64,000 nucleotides of DNA from an uncultured Chloroflexia bacterium (GCA_963746845.1 CAVVCZ010000004.1:1024001-1088000); one strand, 5' to 3'. Positions 9,439 through 21,345 are shown, counted from the first letter of the stretch. The notes: generated by a model from the letters alone, not told the origin. A program made the numbers and translations.

Positions 9439-11685
9439 TCAGTGGCGGAAGTGGCGGACCCCGGTGACGAGCATCGTGGCACCGGCCGCATCCGCCGCCG
9501 CGATGACGTCCGCGTCGTTCTTCGAGCCGCCCGGCTGGACGAACGCGGTCACGCCCGCGGCGAGGCAGACCTCGACGGCGTCCGCGAACGGGTAGAAGGC
9601 GTCCGATGCACACGCAGCGCCCTGCAGCACGTCGGCGCCGGTGATCGCCACGGCCTTGTCGACCGCCTGGCGGGCGGCATCCACGCGCGACGTCTGGCCC
9701 GACCCGAAGCCGATCAGCCGCCCGTCCCGGACGAGGACGATCGCGTTCGACGTCACCCCGCGGACGAGCCGCCAGGCGAGGTCGAGATCGCGTCGCTCCG
9801 CGTCGGTCGGGGTCCGGCGGGTGACCGGCTGCCAATCCCCCGCCGGGTCGGGCGCGGTGTCCGGCGCCCCGACGAGGACCGCGCCGCCGGCCGTCCGGAT
9901 CGCACCGAGCGGGTTCGGGGTCGCGTGTGCCCCGTCCGGATCGTCGGCGAGCCGTGGGTCGACGATCAGCCGGAGGCTGGGCTTCGCGGCCAGCAGCTCG
10001 AGGGCGTCCGCGTCGTATGCCGGGGCCACCACCACCTCGAGGAACAGGCTCGTGAGCCCCTCCGCGGTGGACCGGTCCACCGGGCGGGTCAGCGCGACGA
10101 CACCGCCGAAGGCCGAGACCGGGTCGCCCGCGAGTGCCGCGTCCCAGGCCTCGCGCAGCGTCCCGCGCTCCGCGGCCCCACACGGGTTCGTGTGCTTGAC
10201 GATCACGCACCCCGGGCCGCGCAGCGACCGACCGATCGCCGCCGCCGCCGAGGCGTCGAGCACGTTGTTGAAGCTCAGCGCCTTGCCCTGGAGCGGTGCG
10301 TCGCCGGCCGCGAACGGCCCGTCGCCCGGGGCCGAGCCGGGGCGCCGGTAGCGCGCGGCCGCCTGATGGGGGTTCTCGCCGTAGCGCAGGGTCTCGACCT
10401 TCTCGAGGCCGATCGTCAGGGAATCCGGGAACGGATCGCTCGCGCGGGGCAGCCCGGGCTCGTCCGGCAGGTCGACGCCGGCCGCCGCCATCCGATCGGG
10501 CAGCTCCGCGGCGATCCGGGCGTCGTATGCGGCCGTGTGCCGGAAGGCCTCGACGGCGAGCGCGGCCCGGAGGCCGGCCGGCACCGTGCCGCCCTCGGCG
10601 ACCGCGTCGAGGATCGCCGGGTAGCGCGTCGGCGACGTCACGATCGCGACGCTCGCGTGGTTCTTTGCGGCGGCCCGGACCATCGACGGACCGCCGATGT
10701 CGATCTCCTCGACGAGGTCGTCGAACGTGATCCCGGGACGGTCCGCGGCAGCCGCGAACGGGTACAGGTTCACGACGACCAGCTCGAACGGGGCGATCGC
10801 GGCGGCGACGAGCTGGCGGCGATGATCGACGAGCCGGCGATCGGCGAGGATGCCGGCGTGGACCCGCGGGTGGAGCGTCTTGACCCGCCCGTCGAGCATC
10901 TCCGGCGCGCCCGTGACGGCGGCGACGTCCGTGACCGGCAGGCCGGCGTCGCGGAGCGTCCGGGCGGTGCCGCCGGTGGACACGAGCTCGAACCCGGCGG
11001 CGACCAGGCCCCGGCCCAGCTCGGCGAGCCCGGTCTTGTCCGACGCGGACAGAAGGGCCCGACGCGCGACCGGCAGGCCCGCCTCGGCAACCGAGACGTC
11101 CACGACGACCGACCGATCGCCCGCGCCCGGGGCGGTGAGGGCTCCCGCCAGCAGCAGCGCCACTGCGCGCGGGAGCAGCCGGTGCTCCACGGTCTTGATC
11201 CGCTCGTGGAGTGCCGCCTCGTCGTCGCCCGCGAGGATCGGGACGGCTTCCTGGGCGACGATCGGGCCGCCGTCGAGGGTGGCATCGACGAGATGGACGG
11301 TCGCGCCCGTCACCTTCACGCCGTGGGCGAGCGCGTCCCGCACCGCGTGCGCGCCGGGGAACGCCGGCAACAGGCTCGGATGCGTGTTGAGGATCCGGCC
11401 GTCGAACGCCGCCAGGACCGCGGGACCCACGATCCGCAGGTAGCCGGCCAGGACGACGGCGTCCGGGCTCGCCCCGATCAGGGCGTCGAGCAGGGCGTCG
11501 TCCGTGCCGCCCGGGACGAGTACGACGTCGATCCCCTGTTCCCCGGCCCACTCGAGGGCGGGGCACGCGCGGTCCGCGACGACGAGGACGACCGCGCCCC
11601 CGAGCTCGCCACGTCCCGCGGCGGCGTGCAGCGCCCGCAGGTTCGAGCCGGTGCCCGAGACCGCGACGGCGATCCGTCCGTTCAA
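9439..11685 (-). CDS. purNH: Fused PurN (GAR transformylase) and PurH (AICAR transformylase/IMP cyclohydrolase)
   Basis: N-terminal IAVAVSGTGSNL, LNTHPSLLPAFPG, GATVH (PurN), continuing in frame into RRALLSASDKTG, GRVKTLHP, LRYGENPHQ, KHTNPCG, GVRHFRH (PurH). TTG start overlaps the purM stop. Confidence 0.93.
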   Translation of the reverse strand: MNGRIAVAVSGTGSNLRALHAAAGRGELGGAVVLVVADRACPALEWAGEQGIDVVLVPGGTDDALLDALIGASPDAVVLAGYLRIVGPAVLAAFDGRILNTHPSLLPAFPGAHAVRDALAHGVKVTGATVHLVDATLDGGPIVAQEAVPILAGDDEAALHERIKTVEHRLLPRAVALLLAGALTAPGAGDRSVVVDVSVAEAGLPVARRALLSASDKTGLAELGRGLVAAGFELVSTGGTARTLRDAGLPVTDVAAVTGAPEMLDGRVKTLHPRVHAGILADRRLVDHRRQLVAAAIAPFELVVVNLYPFAAAADRPGITFDDLVEEIDIGGPSMVRAAAKNHASVAIVTSPTRYPAILDAVAEGGTVPAGLRAALAVEAFRHTAAYDARIAAELPDRMAAAGVDLPDEPGLPRASDPFPDSLTIGLEKVETLRYGENPHQAAARYRRPGSAPGDGPFAAGDAPLQGKALSFNNVLDASAAAAIGRSLRGPGCVIVKHTNPCGAAERGTLREAWDAALAGDPVSAFGGVVALTRPVDRSTAEGLTSLFLEVVVAPAYDADALELLAAKPSLRLIVDPRLADDPDGAHATPNPLGAIRTAGGAVLVGAPDTAPDPAGDWQPVTRRTPTDAERRDLDLAWRLVRGVTSNAIVLVRDGRLIGFGSGQTSRVDAARQAVDKAVAITGADVLQGAACASDAFYPFADAVEVCLAAGVTAFVQPGGSKNDADVIAAADAAGATMLVTGVRHFRH

Positions 11686-12839
11686 GCCGCGGGCTCCCGC
11701 CCCTGCTCGAGGTAGCGCGGCCCGTCCTCGCCGTCGCGCGGGACCACGTCGCCGATGACGGCCGCCTCGAAGCCGCTCGCCCGGAGCGCCGCGACGGCCG
11801 ATTCGATGGCCTCCGGCCCGACGACGGCGATCATCCCGATCCCCGCGTTGAACGTCGCCCGCGCTTCGGCGTCGTCGAGTCCGCCGAGCGCCTCCATCAA
11901 CCGCACGATCGACGGGACGCGCCACGCCGACGGGTCCAGCCGCGCGGCGAGATCCGGCGCCAGGGCCCGCGGGACGTTGCCGGGCAGCCCGCCCCCCGTG
12001 ATGTGGGCAAGCCCGCGCAGGTCGTGGCCGGTGTCACGCAGCGCGCGGCGGGCCCGGACGAGGCCGCCGGCGTAGATCGTGGTCGGCGTCAGGAGGACCT
12101 CGCCGAGCGTGGCGAGCGCGTGCCCGGGCTCCGCGCCGAGGGCCGCCATCGCCGCCTCGGTGCCGAGGGTCCGCCTGAGCTGTTCCTGGTACGGCCGCGC
12201 GAGGTCGAGATCCCAGCTCGCGACGAGCGAGCGCACGAGCGAGAAGCCGTTGCTGTGGAGCCCGCTCGACGACAGCCCGAGGATCGCGTCGCCCGCCCGG
12301 ATCGCGGTGCCGTCGATCCGCTCGTCCGCCTCGACGACCCCGACGCAGAACCCGGCGAGATCGAACTCGCCCGGCCGCATCAGCCCCGGGTGCTCCGCCG
12401 TCTCGCCGCCGACGAGGGCGCAGCCGGCTTCGCGGCATCCGTCGGCGATCCCGCCGACGAGCTCCGCGACCTGCTCCGGGTCGAGCACGCCGACCGCGAC
12501 GTAGTCGAGGAAGAACAGCGGCTCCGCGCCGCTGCACGCGACGTCGTCGGCGCACATCGCGACGAGGTCCCGTCCGATCGTGTCGAACCGGCCGACGGCG
12601 CTCGCGATCGCGGTCTTCGTCCCGACCCCGTCCGTCGAGGAGATCAGGACCGGCGATCGATAGCCGGGCGGGATCGTCACCGCGGAGCCGAACCCGCCGA
12701 ACCCCCCGAGCACCTCCGGCCGGTGGGTCGCCTCGACCGCCGCCCGCATCAGGTCGACCGCCCGTTCGCCGGCCGCGACATCCACGCCGGCGGCTGCGTA
12801 GGCCCGGCGAACCGGCACCCGGGATGACTGATCGGTCAC
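11682..12839 (-). CDS. purM: AIR synthetase
   Basis: YAAAGVD, STDGVGTK, GGETAEHPG, GLHSNGFSL, HITGGG, TFNAGIG. Confidence 0.96.
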   Translation of the reverse strand: MTDQSSRVPVRRAYAAAGVDVAAGERAVDLMRAAVEATHRPEVLGGFGGFGSAVTIPPGYRSPVLISSTDGVGTKTAIASAVGRFDTIGRDLVAMCADDVACSGAEPLFFLDYVAVGVLDPEQVAELVGGIADGCREAGCALVGGETAEHPGLMRPGEFDLAGFCVGVVEADERIDGTAIRAGDAILGLSSSGLHSNGFSLVRSLVASWDLDLARPYQEQLRRTLGTEAAMAALGAEPGHALATLGEVLLTPTTIYAGGLVRARRALRDTGHDLRGLAHITGGGLPGNVPRALAPDLAARLDPSAWRVPSIVRLMEALGGLDDAEARATFNAGIGMIAVVGPEAIESAVAALRASGFEAAVIGDVVPRDGEDGPRYLEQGREPAA

Positions 12840-14371
12840 CCGCTCACCGAGGCCGGAGGCTGAGCTCCGCGAAGCCATCCGCCCGAGGTTTCCGCCACGA
12901 GAGCCTCCTCCTCGAGGAGGAACTTCCGCGACGAGGTGTCGTACGGGACGGGCTCCGGATAGACCCCGTCGAAGCAGGCGAAGCAGAACCGGTCGTACGG
13001 CAGATCGAGCGCCGCGAGGACGCCGCGGATCGAGAGGTACCCGAGCGAGTCCGCGCCGATGAAGTCGCGGATCTCGTCGACGGTGTTCGTCGCGGCGATC
13101 AGCTCGGTCTCGACCTGCGTGTCGATGCCGTAGAAGCACGGGTGGTAGATCGGCGGTGCGCTGATCCGGACGTGGACCTCCTCGGCCCCGGCGCGACGCA
13201 GCAGGGAGACGATCTGCTTGGTCGTCGTCCCGCGGACGATCGAGTCGTCGACGACCGTCAGGCGCTTGCCCCGGACGACCTCCCGGAGCGGGTTCAGCTT
13301 CAGGGTGACGCCGCGGTGGCGCATCGTCTGGCTCGGCTGGATGAACGTCCGGCCCGTGTAGCGGTTGCGGATCAGCCCTTCGCGATACGGGATCCCCGAG
13401 ACCTCGGCGAACCCGGCGGCGGCGGGTGCGCCGGTATCCGGGACGGGCATCACGAGGTCCGTGTCGGCCGGCTGCTCACCGGCGAGCTCCTCGCCCATCC
13501 GGCGGCGGGCCTCGTACAGGTTCCGACCCTCCATGTAGGAGTCGGGGCGGGCGAAGTAGATCAGCTCGAACACGCACAGCGCATGCGGGCCGACCGGGGC
13601 GAATCGGACGGAGCGCGGGGCGCGTCCGGCCTCGAGCACGACGATCTCGCCCGGTTCGACGTCCCGGACGTAGTCGGCGCCGACGATGTCGAGGGCGGTC
13701 GTCTCGCTGGCGAGGACCCAGCCCGAGCGGCTGTCGTCGGCGGGATCGCTCCACAGCCCGGGGTGGCCGGTGTCATCGGGGCGCACGGCCCGGTCCGGCC
13801 CGGGCAGCCGGCCGAGGACGAGGGGACGGAACCCGAAGGCGTCGCGCACCCCGATGACCCGCCGCTCGTCGAGGATCACGAGGCTGAAGGCGCCGCGGAC
13901 GCGGGGCAGGACGCGGACGAGCGCATCCACGGTGTCGGCGGCGGGCTCGTCGGCGAGCAGGGCCGTGAGGAGCTCCGTGTCCGTCGACGCCGGGAGCCGG
14001 CCGCGTCCGCCGTGCAGCTGGCCGAGGAGCTCCCGCGTGTTGACGAGGTTGCCGTTGTGGCCGATCGCCAGCGCGCGGCGCGGCCCGAGGCGGAACGTCG
14101 GCTGGGCGTTCTCCCAGACCGTGGAGCCGGTGGTCGAGTACCGGCAGTGGGCGATGGCCAGCTCGCCCTTGAGCGACGGCAGCCGCCGCTCGTCCAGGAC
14201 CGAGGCGATCATCCCGAGGTCCTTGTAGAGCATCAGCTGCTCGCCGTCGCTGACCGCGACGCCGGCGGACTCCTGGCCCCGGTGCTGGAGCGCGAACAGG
14301 CCGAGCGACGCCATCGCCGCCGCGCCCGGGTCGCCGCCCGGCGGCATCACGACCCCGAAGACGCCGCACAT
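12836..14371 (-). CDS. purF: Amidophosphoribosyltransferase
   Basis: MCGVFG, LQHRGQES, HCRYST, GHNGNL, VVDDSIVRGTT, CFYGID. Confidence 0.97.
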   Translation of the reverse strand: MCGVFGVVMPPGGDPGAAAMASLGLFALQHRGQESAGVAVSDGEQLMLYKDLGMIASVLDERRLPSLKGELAIAHCRYSTTGSTVWENAQPTFRLGPRRALAIGHNGNLVNTRELLGQLHGGRGRLPASTDTELLTALLADEPAADTVDALVRVLPRVRGAFSLVILDERRVIGVRDAFGFRPLVLGRLPGPDRAVRPDDTGHPGLWSDPADDSRSGWVLASETTALDIVGADYVRDVEPGEIVVLEAGRAPRSVRFAPVGPHALCVFELIYFARPDSYMEGRNLYEARRRMGEELAGEQPADTDLVMPVPDTGAPAAAGFAEVSGIPYREGLIRNRYTGRTFIQPSQTMRHRGVTLKLNPLREVVRGKRLTVVDDSIVRGTTTKQIVSLLRRAGAEEVHVRISAPPIYHPCFYGIDTQVETELIAATNTVDEIRDFIGADSLGYLSIRGVLAALDLPYDRFCFACFDGVYPEPVPYDTSSRKFLLEEEALVAETSGGWLRGAQPPASVSG

Positions 14372-16734
14372 CAGCGCGTCTCCCAGCCGAGGGCGCGCGA
14401 CAGGCCGCCCTCCCACGCGTGGCGCAGCTCGTCGAGGCCGACGATCAGCGCGTCGGCCACCCGGCTCCCGCGATCCTCGGCGGCCCCGGTCGCGCCGGAA
14501 CCGTGAAGCTCGATCACGAGGCGGGCCGGCGCGGCGTCGGCCGCGTCGGCGGCGTCACTCGCGTCGCCGCCGACCTCGCCGATCTCGACGATCGGCAGAC
14601 CGTGCTGGCGGGCGAGGAGGACGAGCGCCGGCACATGGCGAAGCGCCGCGGACACGACGATCCGGGACGGGCTCTCGCCGAACAGGTCCACGGCCGGCGA
14701 GCTCGCCACGGGCAACCGGACCAACGCCCCGCGGCCACGGTCGCGGTCCGCCCACAGGCAGCACTCCGCCAGCGCCACCGCGAGACCGCCGCCGGAGACG
14801 TCCTGGGCCGAGGCAAGGAGCCCGCGACCGGCGGCGTCGCGGACGAACGCCTGGATGCGTCGTTCACGCTCCAGATCGAGGGTGGGCGGGCCGTCCTCCG
14901 CGGCGAGACCGGCCAGCTCGGCGTAGGCACTCCCCGCGAGACCCGGCGTCGCCTCGCCGACCAGGAGGATCCGATCGCCACTCGTGCGCCAGCCCGGACG
15001 GACGAGGGTCGACACGTCGTCGAGCAGGCCGACGACCCCGATCTCCGGGGTCGGCGCGATCGCGCCTGCCGGCGACTCGTTGTACAGCGAGACGTTGCCG
15101 CCCGTGACCGGCAGGCCGAGCGCCCGGCAGGCGTCGGCGAGGCCGCGGACACCCTCCGTCAGCTGCCAGAACGCCTCCGGCCGAAGTGGGTCGCCGTAGT
15201 TCAGGCAGTTCGTCACTCCGAGCGGGCGGGCGCCCGTGATCGAGACGTTCCGGGTGGCCTCGGCCACGCTCAGCGCGGCCCCGAGCCACGGGTCCAGCAC
15301 GCCGATCGCCTGATCCGCGTCGGTCGTCGCGACGAGCGCCTTCGTCGAGCCCTTGATCCGGATCACCGCCGCGCCATGGCCCGGCCCCTCGACCGTGTTC
15401 GCCTGGACCGTGGAGTCGTACTGCTCGAACACGGCCCGGCGGCTGGCGAGGTTGGCCGATCCGATGAGGGCGACGAGGACCGCACCCGGGTCCATCCCCC
15501 GCTCCGGGAGCTTGTCCGAGGCGACGGCCGGCACCCCGGGCGCCGGCGCGAGGCGGCGCCGAACAGGCGGCTCCGCGACGCGCTGATGGACGATCGCGTC
15601 GCTCGTCAGCGCCGACGCCGGGATCCGCGCCAGCTCGGCGCCGTCCTCGGCGACGATCACGATGTCGGCGTCGTCCGTGACGCGGCCGATGACCGCGACG
15701 GGCAGACCCCACCGCTCACAGACGGATCGCACGTCGTCCCAGCGCGCCGGTTCGACGATCGCGAGCATCCTCTCCTGTGACTCGCTGATCATCACCTCGA
15801 ACGGGTCCATCCCCGGCTCACGGCGCGGGATCGCCGCCAGGTCGATCCGCATGCCGGTGCCCGAGCGATCGGCGGTCTCGGACGTCGCGCACGTGACGCC
15901 GCCGGCGCCGAGGTCCTGGAGGCCGACCACGAGCCCGGCCCGGATCAGGTCGAGGGATGCCTCGATCAGGAGCTTCTCGGCAAATGGATCGCCGACCTGG
16001 ACCGACGGGCGCTTCGATGGGTCATCGTCCGCGAAGGTCGCGCTTGCCAGGACGCTGGCGCCGCCGATGCCGTCCCGGCCGGTCGTCGAGCCGAACAGGA
16101 CGACGAGGTTGCCGGGTCCCGGTGCGGCCGCCCGGGTCAGGTCGCGCTCATCGAGCAGGCCGATCGCCATGACGTTGACGAGGGGGTTGCCCCCGTACGA
16201 CGGATCGAAGACGAGCTCGCCGCCGACCGTCGGGACGCCGACGCAGTTGCCGTAGCCACCGACGCCCCTGACGACCCCGTCGACCAGGTGGCGGGTCCGT
16301 GCGTCCGCCGGATCGCCGAACCGGAGGGCGTCGAGCACCGCGATCGGCCGCGCGCCCATCGTGAAGATGTCGCGGAGGATGCCGCCGACGCCCGTCGCCG
16401 CGCCCTGGGTCGGCTCGACCGCGCTCGGGTGGTTGTGGGATTCGATCTTGAACGCGACGGCGAGCCCGTCGCCGATCGAGATGACCCCGGCATTCTCGCC
16501 CGGGCCCGCGACGACGCCGTCCTCGGTGGTCCCGGTGGGCAGCGTCCGCAGGAGGGGACGAGAGCTCTTGTACGAGCAGTGCTCGCTCCACATGACGCTG
16601 AACATCGCGAGCTCGAGGTCGTTCGGGTCCCGGCCGCTCAGCCGGTCGCGGATCGCCGCGAGCTCGTCGTCCGTCACGCCGAGCCGTCGATGGAGCGGCT
16701 GCCCGCCGGCCACGGGCGGCTCCGCGATGGTCAC
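14371..16734 (-). CDS. purL: FGAM synthase subunit PurL
   Basis: [42 protein letters not shown]. Confidence 0.97.
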   Translation of the reverse strand: MTIAEPPVAGGQPLHRRLGVTDDELAAIRDRLSGRDPNDLELAMFSVMWSEHCSYKSSRPLLRTLPTGTTEDGVVAGPGENAGVISIGDGLAVAFKIESHNHPSAVEPTQGAATGVGGILRDIFTMGARPIAVLDALRFGDPADARTRHLVDGVVRGVGGYGNCVGVPTVGGELVFDPSYGGNPLVNVMAIGLLDERDLTRAAAPGPGNLVVLFGSTTGRDGIGGASVLASATFADDDPSKRPSVQVGDPFAEKLLIEASLDLIRAGLVVGLQDLGAGGVTCATSETADRSGTGMRIDLAAIPRREPGMDPFEVMISESQERMLAIVEPARWDDVRSVCERWGLPVAVIGRVTDDADIVIVAEDGAELARIPASALTSDAIVHQRVAEPPVRRRLAPAPGVPAVASDKLPERGMDPGAVLVALIGSANLASRRAVFEQYDSTVQANTVEGPGHGAAVIRIKGSTKALVATTDADQAIGVLDPWLGAALSVAEATRNVSITGARPLGVTNCLNYGDPLRPEAFWQLTEGVRGLADACRALGLPVTGGNVSLYNESPAGAIAPTPEIGVVGLLDDVSTLVRPGWRTSGDRILLVGEATPGLAGSAYAELAGLAAEDGPPTLDLERERRIQAFVRDAAGRGLLASAQDVSGGGLAVALAECCLWADRDRGRGALVRLPVASSPAVDLFGESPSRIVVSAALRHVPALVLLARQHGLPIVEIGEVGGDASDAADAADAAPARLVIELHGSGATGAAEDRGSRVADALIVGLDELRHAWEGGLSRALGWETR

Positions 16735-17480
16735 CGGACCGCGCCCACGACCGCCGGTCCGCCGGCCCGCTCGCGCTCGGCCGCGGACGCCACGAACGAG
16801 GCGATGATCCCGAGCCCGTCGTCGCTGCCGAGGACCGCCTCGACCGCGGTCTCGGGATGGGGCATCAGCCCCGCGACGTTCCCGGCGGCATTCAGGACGC
16901 CGGCGATCGCCCGGACGGATCCGTTCGGGTTGGCCCGGTCGTCCTCGCCGCCCGCGACCGACCCGTCGGGGTGGACGTAGCGGAACAGGACCTGGCCGTT
17001 GGCCTCCAGCTCGTCGAGCGTCGCGTCGTCCGCGTAGAACGCCCCCTCGCCATGGGCGACGGGCATCCGGAGCGGCCGACGATCCGCGAGGGCGTGGGTG
17101 AACGGCGTGTCGAGCCGATCGGGCGCGATCGCGATCTCGCGCGAGACGAACCGGAGGCCCCGGTTGCGGAGCAGCGCGCCGGGCAGCAGGTGGGCCTCGG
17201 TCAGCACCTGGAAGCCGTTGCAGATCCCCAGGACAGGCCCGCCGTCGGCGGCGAACCCCGCGACCGCCCGCATGATCGGGCTGAACCGGGCGATCACCCC
17301 GGCCCGGAGGTAGTCGCCGTAGGCGAACCCGCCGGGGACGAGGATGCCGGCCACCCCGTCGAGGGCCACGTCCTCGTGCCACAGGACGACGGGCTCCGCG
17401 CCCGCCACCTGCAGGGCGTTGACCGCGTCGATGTCCCGGTTCGAGCCCGGGAAGAGGACGACGCCGATCCGGACCGTCAC
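16731..17480 (-). CDS. purQ: FGAM synthase glutaminase subunit PurQ
   Basis: [38 protein letters not shown]. Confidence 0.97.
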   Translation of the reverse strand: MTVRIGVVLFPGSNRDIDAVNALQVAGAEPVVLWHEDVALDGVAGILVPGGFAYGDYLRAGVIARFSPIMRAVAGFAADGGPVLGICNGFQVLTEAHLLPGALLRNRGLRFVSREIAIAPDRLDTPFTHALADRRPLRMPVAHGEGAFYADDATLDELEANGQVLFRYVHPDGSVAGGEDDRANPNGSVRAIAGVLNAAGNVAGLMPHPETAVEAVLGSDDGLGIIASFVASAAERERAGGPAVVGAVR

Positions 17481-17782
17481 GCGTCGGCTCCGCGCGCGGT
17501 GCCGACGAGTGATGACGTGGCCTCGATGGCCTCGATGTCGTACGACTCGATCAGCGGGTTCGACAGCAGCTCCGAGGCCAGCCGATCGACGATCGCCCGG
17601 GCCTCCGTCTCGGAGCCGGCCGTGACGGTCAGCTCGACCCGCCGCCCGACGCGGACGGCGCTCACCCCGTCGATCCCGAGGTGGGCGAGGCTGCCCTCGA
17701 CCGCCCGGCCCTGTGGATCGAGGATCCCGGGCTTCGGCCGCACGTTCACCGCGTACCGGACGTCCATCGTCGCCACCGTCAC
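17477..17782 (-). CDS. purS: FGAM synthase subunit PurS
   Basis: [22 protein letters not shown]; alternative ATG start at 17767. Confidence 0.95.
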   Translation of the reverse strand: MTVATMDVRYAVNVRPKPGILDPQGRAVEGSLAHLGIDGVSAVRVGRRVELTVTAGSETEARAIVDRLASELLSNPLIESYDIEAIEATSSLVGTARGADA

Positions 17783-18684
17783 CCGCCGACGACGTCGGCG
17801 TCGAGGTAGCGCGCGAAGCTCGCGCCGGTGATCCGCTCGAACGCCTCGACGTAGCGGGCGCGCGTCCCGGCCACGACCTCCGCCGGCAGCTCGGGGCCAG
17901 GCGGGGTCTTGTCCCAGTCCTGGGTCTCGAGCCAGTCGCGCACGTACTGCTTGTCGTAGCTCGCCTGGGCACGACCCGGCTCGTAGTCGGCGGCGTCCCA
18001 GAACCTCGACGAATCCGGCGTGAGCACCTCGTCGATGAGGATCAGCTCGCCGGTCGCCGGGTCCGTCCCGAACTCGAACTTCGTGTCTGCGAGGATGATC
18101 CCGGCCGGCTCCGCGATCTCGGCGCCGCGGCGATACAGCGCGATCGCGACCTCCGCGACCCGGTCCGCGACCTCGCGCCCGACGAGCTCCGCCGCCTGGT
18201 CGATCGAGATGTTCTCGTCGTGACCCTGCTCGGCCTTCGTCGACGGCGTGAAGAGCGGCTCCGGCAGCCGGTCGCTCTCCCGGAGCCCGGCCGGCAGCGG
18301 GATCCCGCACACGGCGCCCGTCCGGCCGTAGTCCTTCCAGCCGGAGCCGGCGAGATAGCCGCGGACGATCACCTCGATCGGCAGCGGCCGGACCAGGCGG
18401 CAGAGCATCATCCGGCCGCGCAGCTCGTCGGCGTCGCCGGGCGCTCCACCGGGGATCTCCTCGGGTGCGACCCCGACGAGGTGGTTCGGGACGAGATCGC
18501 CCGTCCGCGAGAACCAGAACCGGGACAGCCCGGTCAGGACGCGCCCCTTGTCGGGGATCGCGGTCGGCAGGACGACGTCGAACGCGCTCAGGCGATCGGA
18601 CGCGACGAGGAGCAGGCGGTCGTCCGCGACGGCGTACAGGTCGCGGACCTTGCCGGAACGCAGGAACGTATCAGCGAGCGGCAT
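17779..18684 (-). CDS. purC: SAICAR synthetase
   Basis: SGKVRDLY, SDRLSAFD, ADTKFEFG, DEVLTPDSSR. Confidence 0.97.
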   Translation of the reverse strand: MPLADTFLRSGKVRDLYAVADDRLLLVASDRLSAFDVVLPTAIPDKGRVLTGLSRFWFSRTGDLVPNHLVGVAPEEIPGGAPGDADELRGRMMLCRLVRPLPIEVIVRGYLAGSGWKDYGRTGAVCGIPLPAGLRESDRLPEPLFTPSTKAEQGHDENISIDQAAELVGREVADRVAEVAIALYRRGAEIAEPAGIILADTKFEFGTDPATGELILIDEVLTPDSSRFWDAADYEPGRAQASYDKQYVRDWLETQDWDKTPPGPELPAEVVAGTRARYVEAFERITGASFARYLDADVVGG

Positions 18685-19993
18685 CGAGCTGGGCCTCCAG
18701 GGTGTCGAGACGGGCGATGACGGCGGGGACGTGGCCGAGGAACGCGGTGTCGTCGAAGCAGGCATCGAGCTGGGCGAGCGTGATCCGCCTGGCGACCTCC
18801 GGATCGACGGCGAGCAGGCCGCGGAGCGGCGCACGCTCATCGGCGGCGCGGAGCGCGGCGCGCTGCACGACGGCGTAGGCGGCCTCTCGGCTCATCCCGC
18901 CCCGCTCGACGAGGAGCCCGAGGACGCGGCTGCTCGCGTGGAGGCCGAGCCCGCGCTCGATGTTCTCGAGCATCCGCTCGCGCCGGACGACGAGCCCGTC
19001 GACCAGCCCGGCCATCCGGACGAGCATGTAGTCGAGCACGATCGTTGCGTCGGGCAGGATCACCCGCTCGGCGCTGCTGTGGCTGATGTCGCGCTCGTGC
19101 CACAGCGGCTGATCCTCGAGGGCGGTCCCGGCATAGCCGCGCAGCAGCCGGGCAAGGCCGGCGATCCGCTCCGACAGGATCGGGTTGCGCTTGTGGGGCA
19201 TCGCGCTTGAGCCTTTCTGGCCGGCCTTGAACGGCTCCATCAGCTCGCCGATCTCGGTGTGCTGGAGGTTCCGGATCTCGGTCGCGAAGCGCTCGAGCGA
19301 CCCACCGACGATCGCGATCGCCGTCAGGAGCGCCGCGTGGCGGTCGCGCTGCACGATCTGGGTGCTGACCGGGTCCGCGTGCAGGTCCAGCTCCGCCAGG
19401 ACCTCGGCCTCGACGTCCGGCCCGAGATGGCTGTACGACCCGACCGGCCCCGAGATCTTGCCGGTCGCGATCTCGTCCACCGCGTCGGCCAGCCGGCGCC
19501 GGCCGCGGTCGACCTCGAACGCCCAGCCCGCGAGCTTCAGCCCGAACGTGATCGGCTCGGCGTGGACGCTGTGGGTCCGGCCCATCATCAGCGTGTCCGC
19601 CTCGCTCCGGGCCCGGACGATGAGCGCAGTCAGGAGCCGGTCGCAGTCGCGCAGGAGGAGGTTTCCGGCGTCCCGGAGCTGCAACGCGAGCGCTGTGTCG
19701 ACGACGTCGCTGCTCGTCAGCCCGAGGTGGAGGTAGCGGCCCTCGGGACCGACGGTCTCGGCGACCTGGCTGACGAACGCGATCACGTCGTGATCGGTCG
19801 TCTTCTCGATCTCGGCGATCCGGTCCGGGTCCACGGCCGCACGCGCCTCGAGCGCCGCGAGGGCGTCGGCCGGGACGGCGCCGCGGGCCGCCTGGGCGCG
19901 GCTGACCGCCAGCTCGACCCGGAGCATCGCCTCGAACCGGGCGCGCTCGGTCCAGATCGCGCCCATCTCGGGGAGCGTGTAGCGCCGGATCAC
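18671..19993 (-). CDS. purB: Adenylosuccinate lyase
   Basis: [35 protein letters not shown]. Confidence 0.97.
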   Translation of the reverse strand: MIRRYTLPEMGAIWTERARFEAMLRVELAVSRAQAARGAVPADALAALEARAAVDPDRIAEIEKTTDHDVIAFVSQVAETVGPEGRYLHLGLTSSDVVDTALALQLRDAGNLLLRDCDRLLTALIVRARSEADTLMMGRTHSVHAEPITFGLKLAGWAFEVDRGRRRLADAVDEIATGKISGPVGSYSHLGPDVEAEVLAELDLHADPVSTQIVQRDRHAALLTAIAIVGGSLERFATEIRNLQHTEIGELMEPFKAGQKGSSAMPHKRNPILSERIAGLARLLRGYAGTALEDQPLWHERDISHSSAERVILPDATIVLDYMLVRMAGLVDGLVVRRERMLENIERGLGLHASSRVLGLLVERGGMSREAAYAVVQRAALRAADERAPLRGLLAVDPEVARRITLAQLDACFDDTAFLGHVPAVIARLDTLEAQLDAAR

Positions 19994-21312
19994 GACGTCG
20001 CCCCCGTCGCGAGGGCGGCACTCGTCCGGCCGATATCGTGGCGCCGCTGGAGGCCCGGCCAGCGAATCTCGTCCGCGGCCGCCTCGGCCGCGACGCGTGC
20101 GGCCTCGAGATCCGGCCCGCGGCCCACGACCGTCAGCACCCGCCCGCCGTTCGTCGCCCAGCCTGCGGCCGTTCGACTCGTGGCCGCGTGGAAGACCGTC
20201 GCACCGCGAGCCTCGGCCCGGTCGAGCCCGTCGATGACCTCGGGACCGGCCGGCATGCCAGGATAGCCGGCATTCGCGAGCACGATGCCGACGGCCGCGC
20301 CGGGAAGCGTCGGGAGCGGGCCTCTCGCGATGCCGCCGAGGCGGCCGTGCGCCGCCGCCGCGAGGATCGGACCCAGGGGCGCGGCGATCCGCGGCAGGAG
20401 CACCTGCGTCTCCGGGTCGCCGAAGCGGGCATTGAACTCCAGCAGGCGTGGACCGTCCTCGGTGAGCATCAGGCCGGCATACATCGCCCCGACGAATGGG
20501 GTTCCGCGTCGGGCCAGCTCGTCCAGCACCGGCCGATGGAATCGGTCCAGCAGGTCTTCGGCCAACTCGTCCGGCAGGTCCGGGAGCGGTGAATAGGCGC
20601 CCATGCCGCCGGTGTTCGGCCCCGTGTCGTCGTCGCCGAGCCGCTTGTGGTCCCGCGAGATCGGCAGGGCGACCGCGTCCCGCCCGTCACAGAGCGCGAT
20701 CACGCTCGCCTCGCGGCCCGTCAGTCGCTCTTCCACGACGATCGAGTCCGGCTGGGCCGAGATGGCCTCGGCCGTCTCGTCGAGCGACCCGCAGACGGTC
20801 ACGCCCTTGCCTGCCGCCAGCCCGTCGGCCTTGACGACGACCGCTCCGTCCGGGGCGAGCCCCATGGCGTAGGCCAGCGCGGCGGAGGGATCCGTCTGCG
20901 CAAACGTCCGCCCCCGCGCCATCGGCACGCCCGCGGCCTCCGCGATCTCCCGGCAGAACCCCTTCGAGGACTCGATCCGGGCCGCCGCGGCGCTCGGTCC
21001 GAAGACGGGGATGCCCACGGCGAGGAGCGCGTCCGCGACGCCGGCCGCCAGTGGGGCCTCCGGACCGACGACGACGAGCTCGACCGACCACGATCGTGCG
21101 ATCGCGACCACCGCGGCCGGGTCGAGCGGGTCCACGGAGATGCAGCGAACCCTCGGTTCGCGCCCGATCGCATCGGAGCCCGGGGCGACGATCACCTCGT
21201 TGACGCCCGGATCGGAGGCCAGCTTCCAGGCGAGCGCGTGCTCGCGCCCGCCGCCTCCGACGATGAGGATCCGGGTCGGCTGCGTGGCCCGGGTCACTGC
21301 GCCGGCTGCCAT
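19990..21312 (-). CDS. purD: Phosphoribosylamine--glycine ligase
   Basis: GGGGREHAL, KADGLAAGKGV, GPNTGGMG, EFNARFGDPE, TNGGRVL. Confidence 0.97.
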   Translation of the reverse strand: MAAGAVTRATQPTRILIVGGGGREHALAWKLASDPGVNEVIVAPGSDAIGREPRVRCISVDPLDPAAVVAIARSWSVELVVVGPEAPLAAGVADALLAVGIPVFGPSAAAARIESSKGFCREIAEAAGVPMARGRTFAQTDPSAALAYAMGLAPDGAVVVKADGLAAGKGVTVCGSLDETAEAISAQPDSIVVEERLTGREASVIALCDGRDAVALPISRDHKRLGDDDTGPNTGGMGAYSPLPDLPDELAEDLLDRFHRPVLDELARRGTPFVGAMYAGLMLTEDGPRLLEFNARFGDPETQVLLPRIAAPLGPILAAAAHGRLGGIARGPLPTLPGAAVGIVLANAGYPGMPAGPEVIDGLDRAEARGATVFHAATSRTAAGWATNGGRVLTVVGRGPDLEAARVAAEAAADEIRWPGLQRRHDIGRTSAALATGATS

Positions 21313-21345
21313 TCAGGCGCTGGACGGGTCAAGTGAAGCCCGGCC

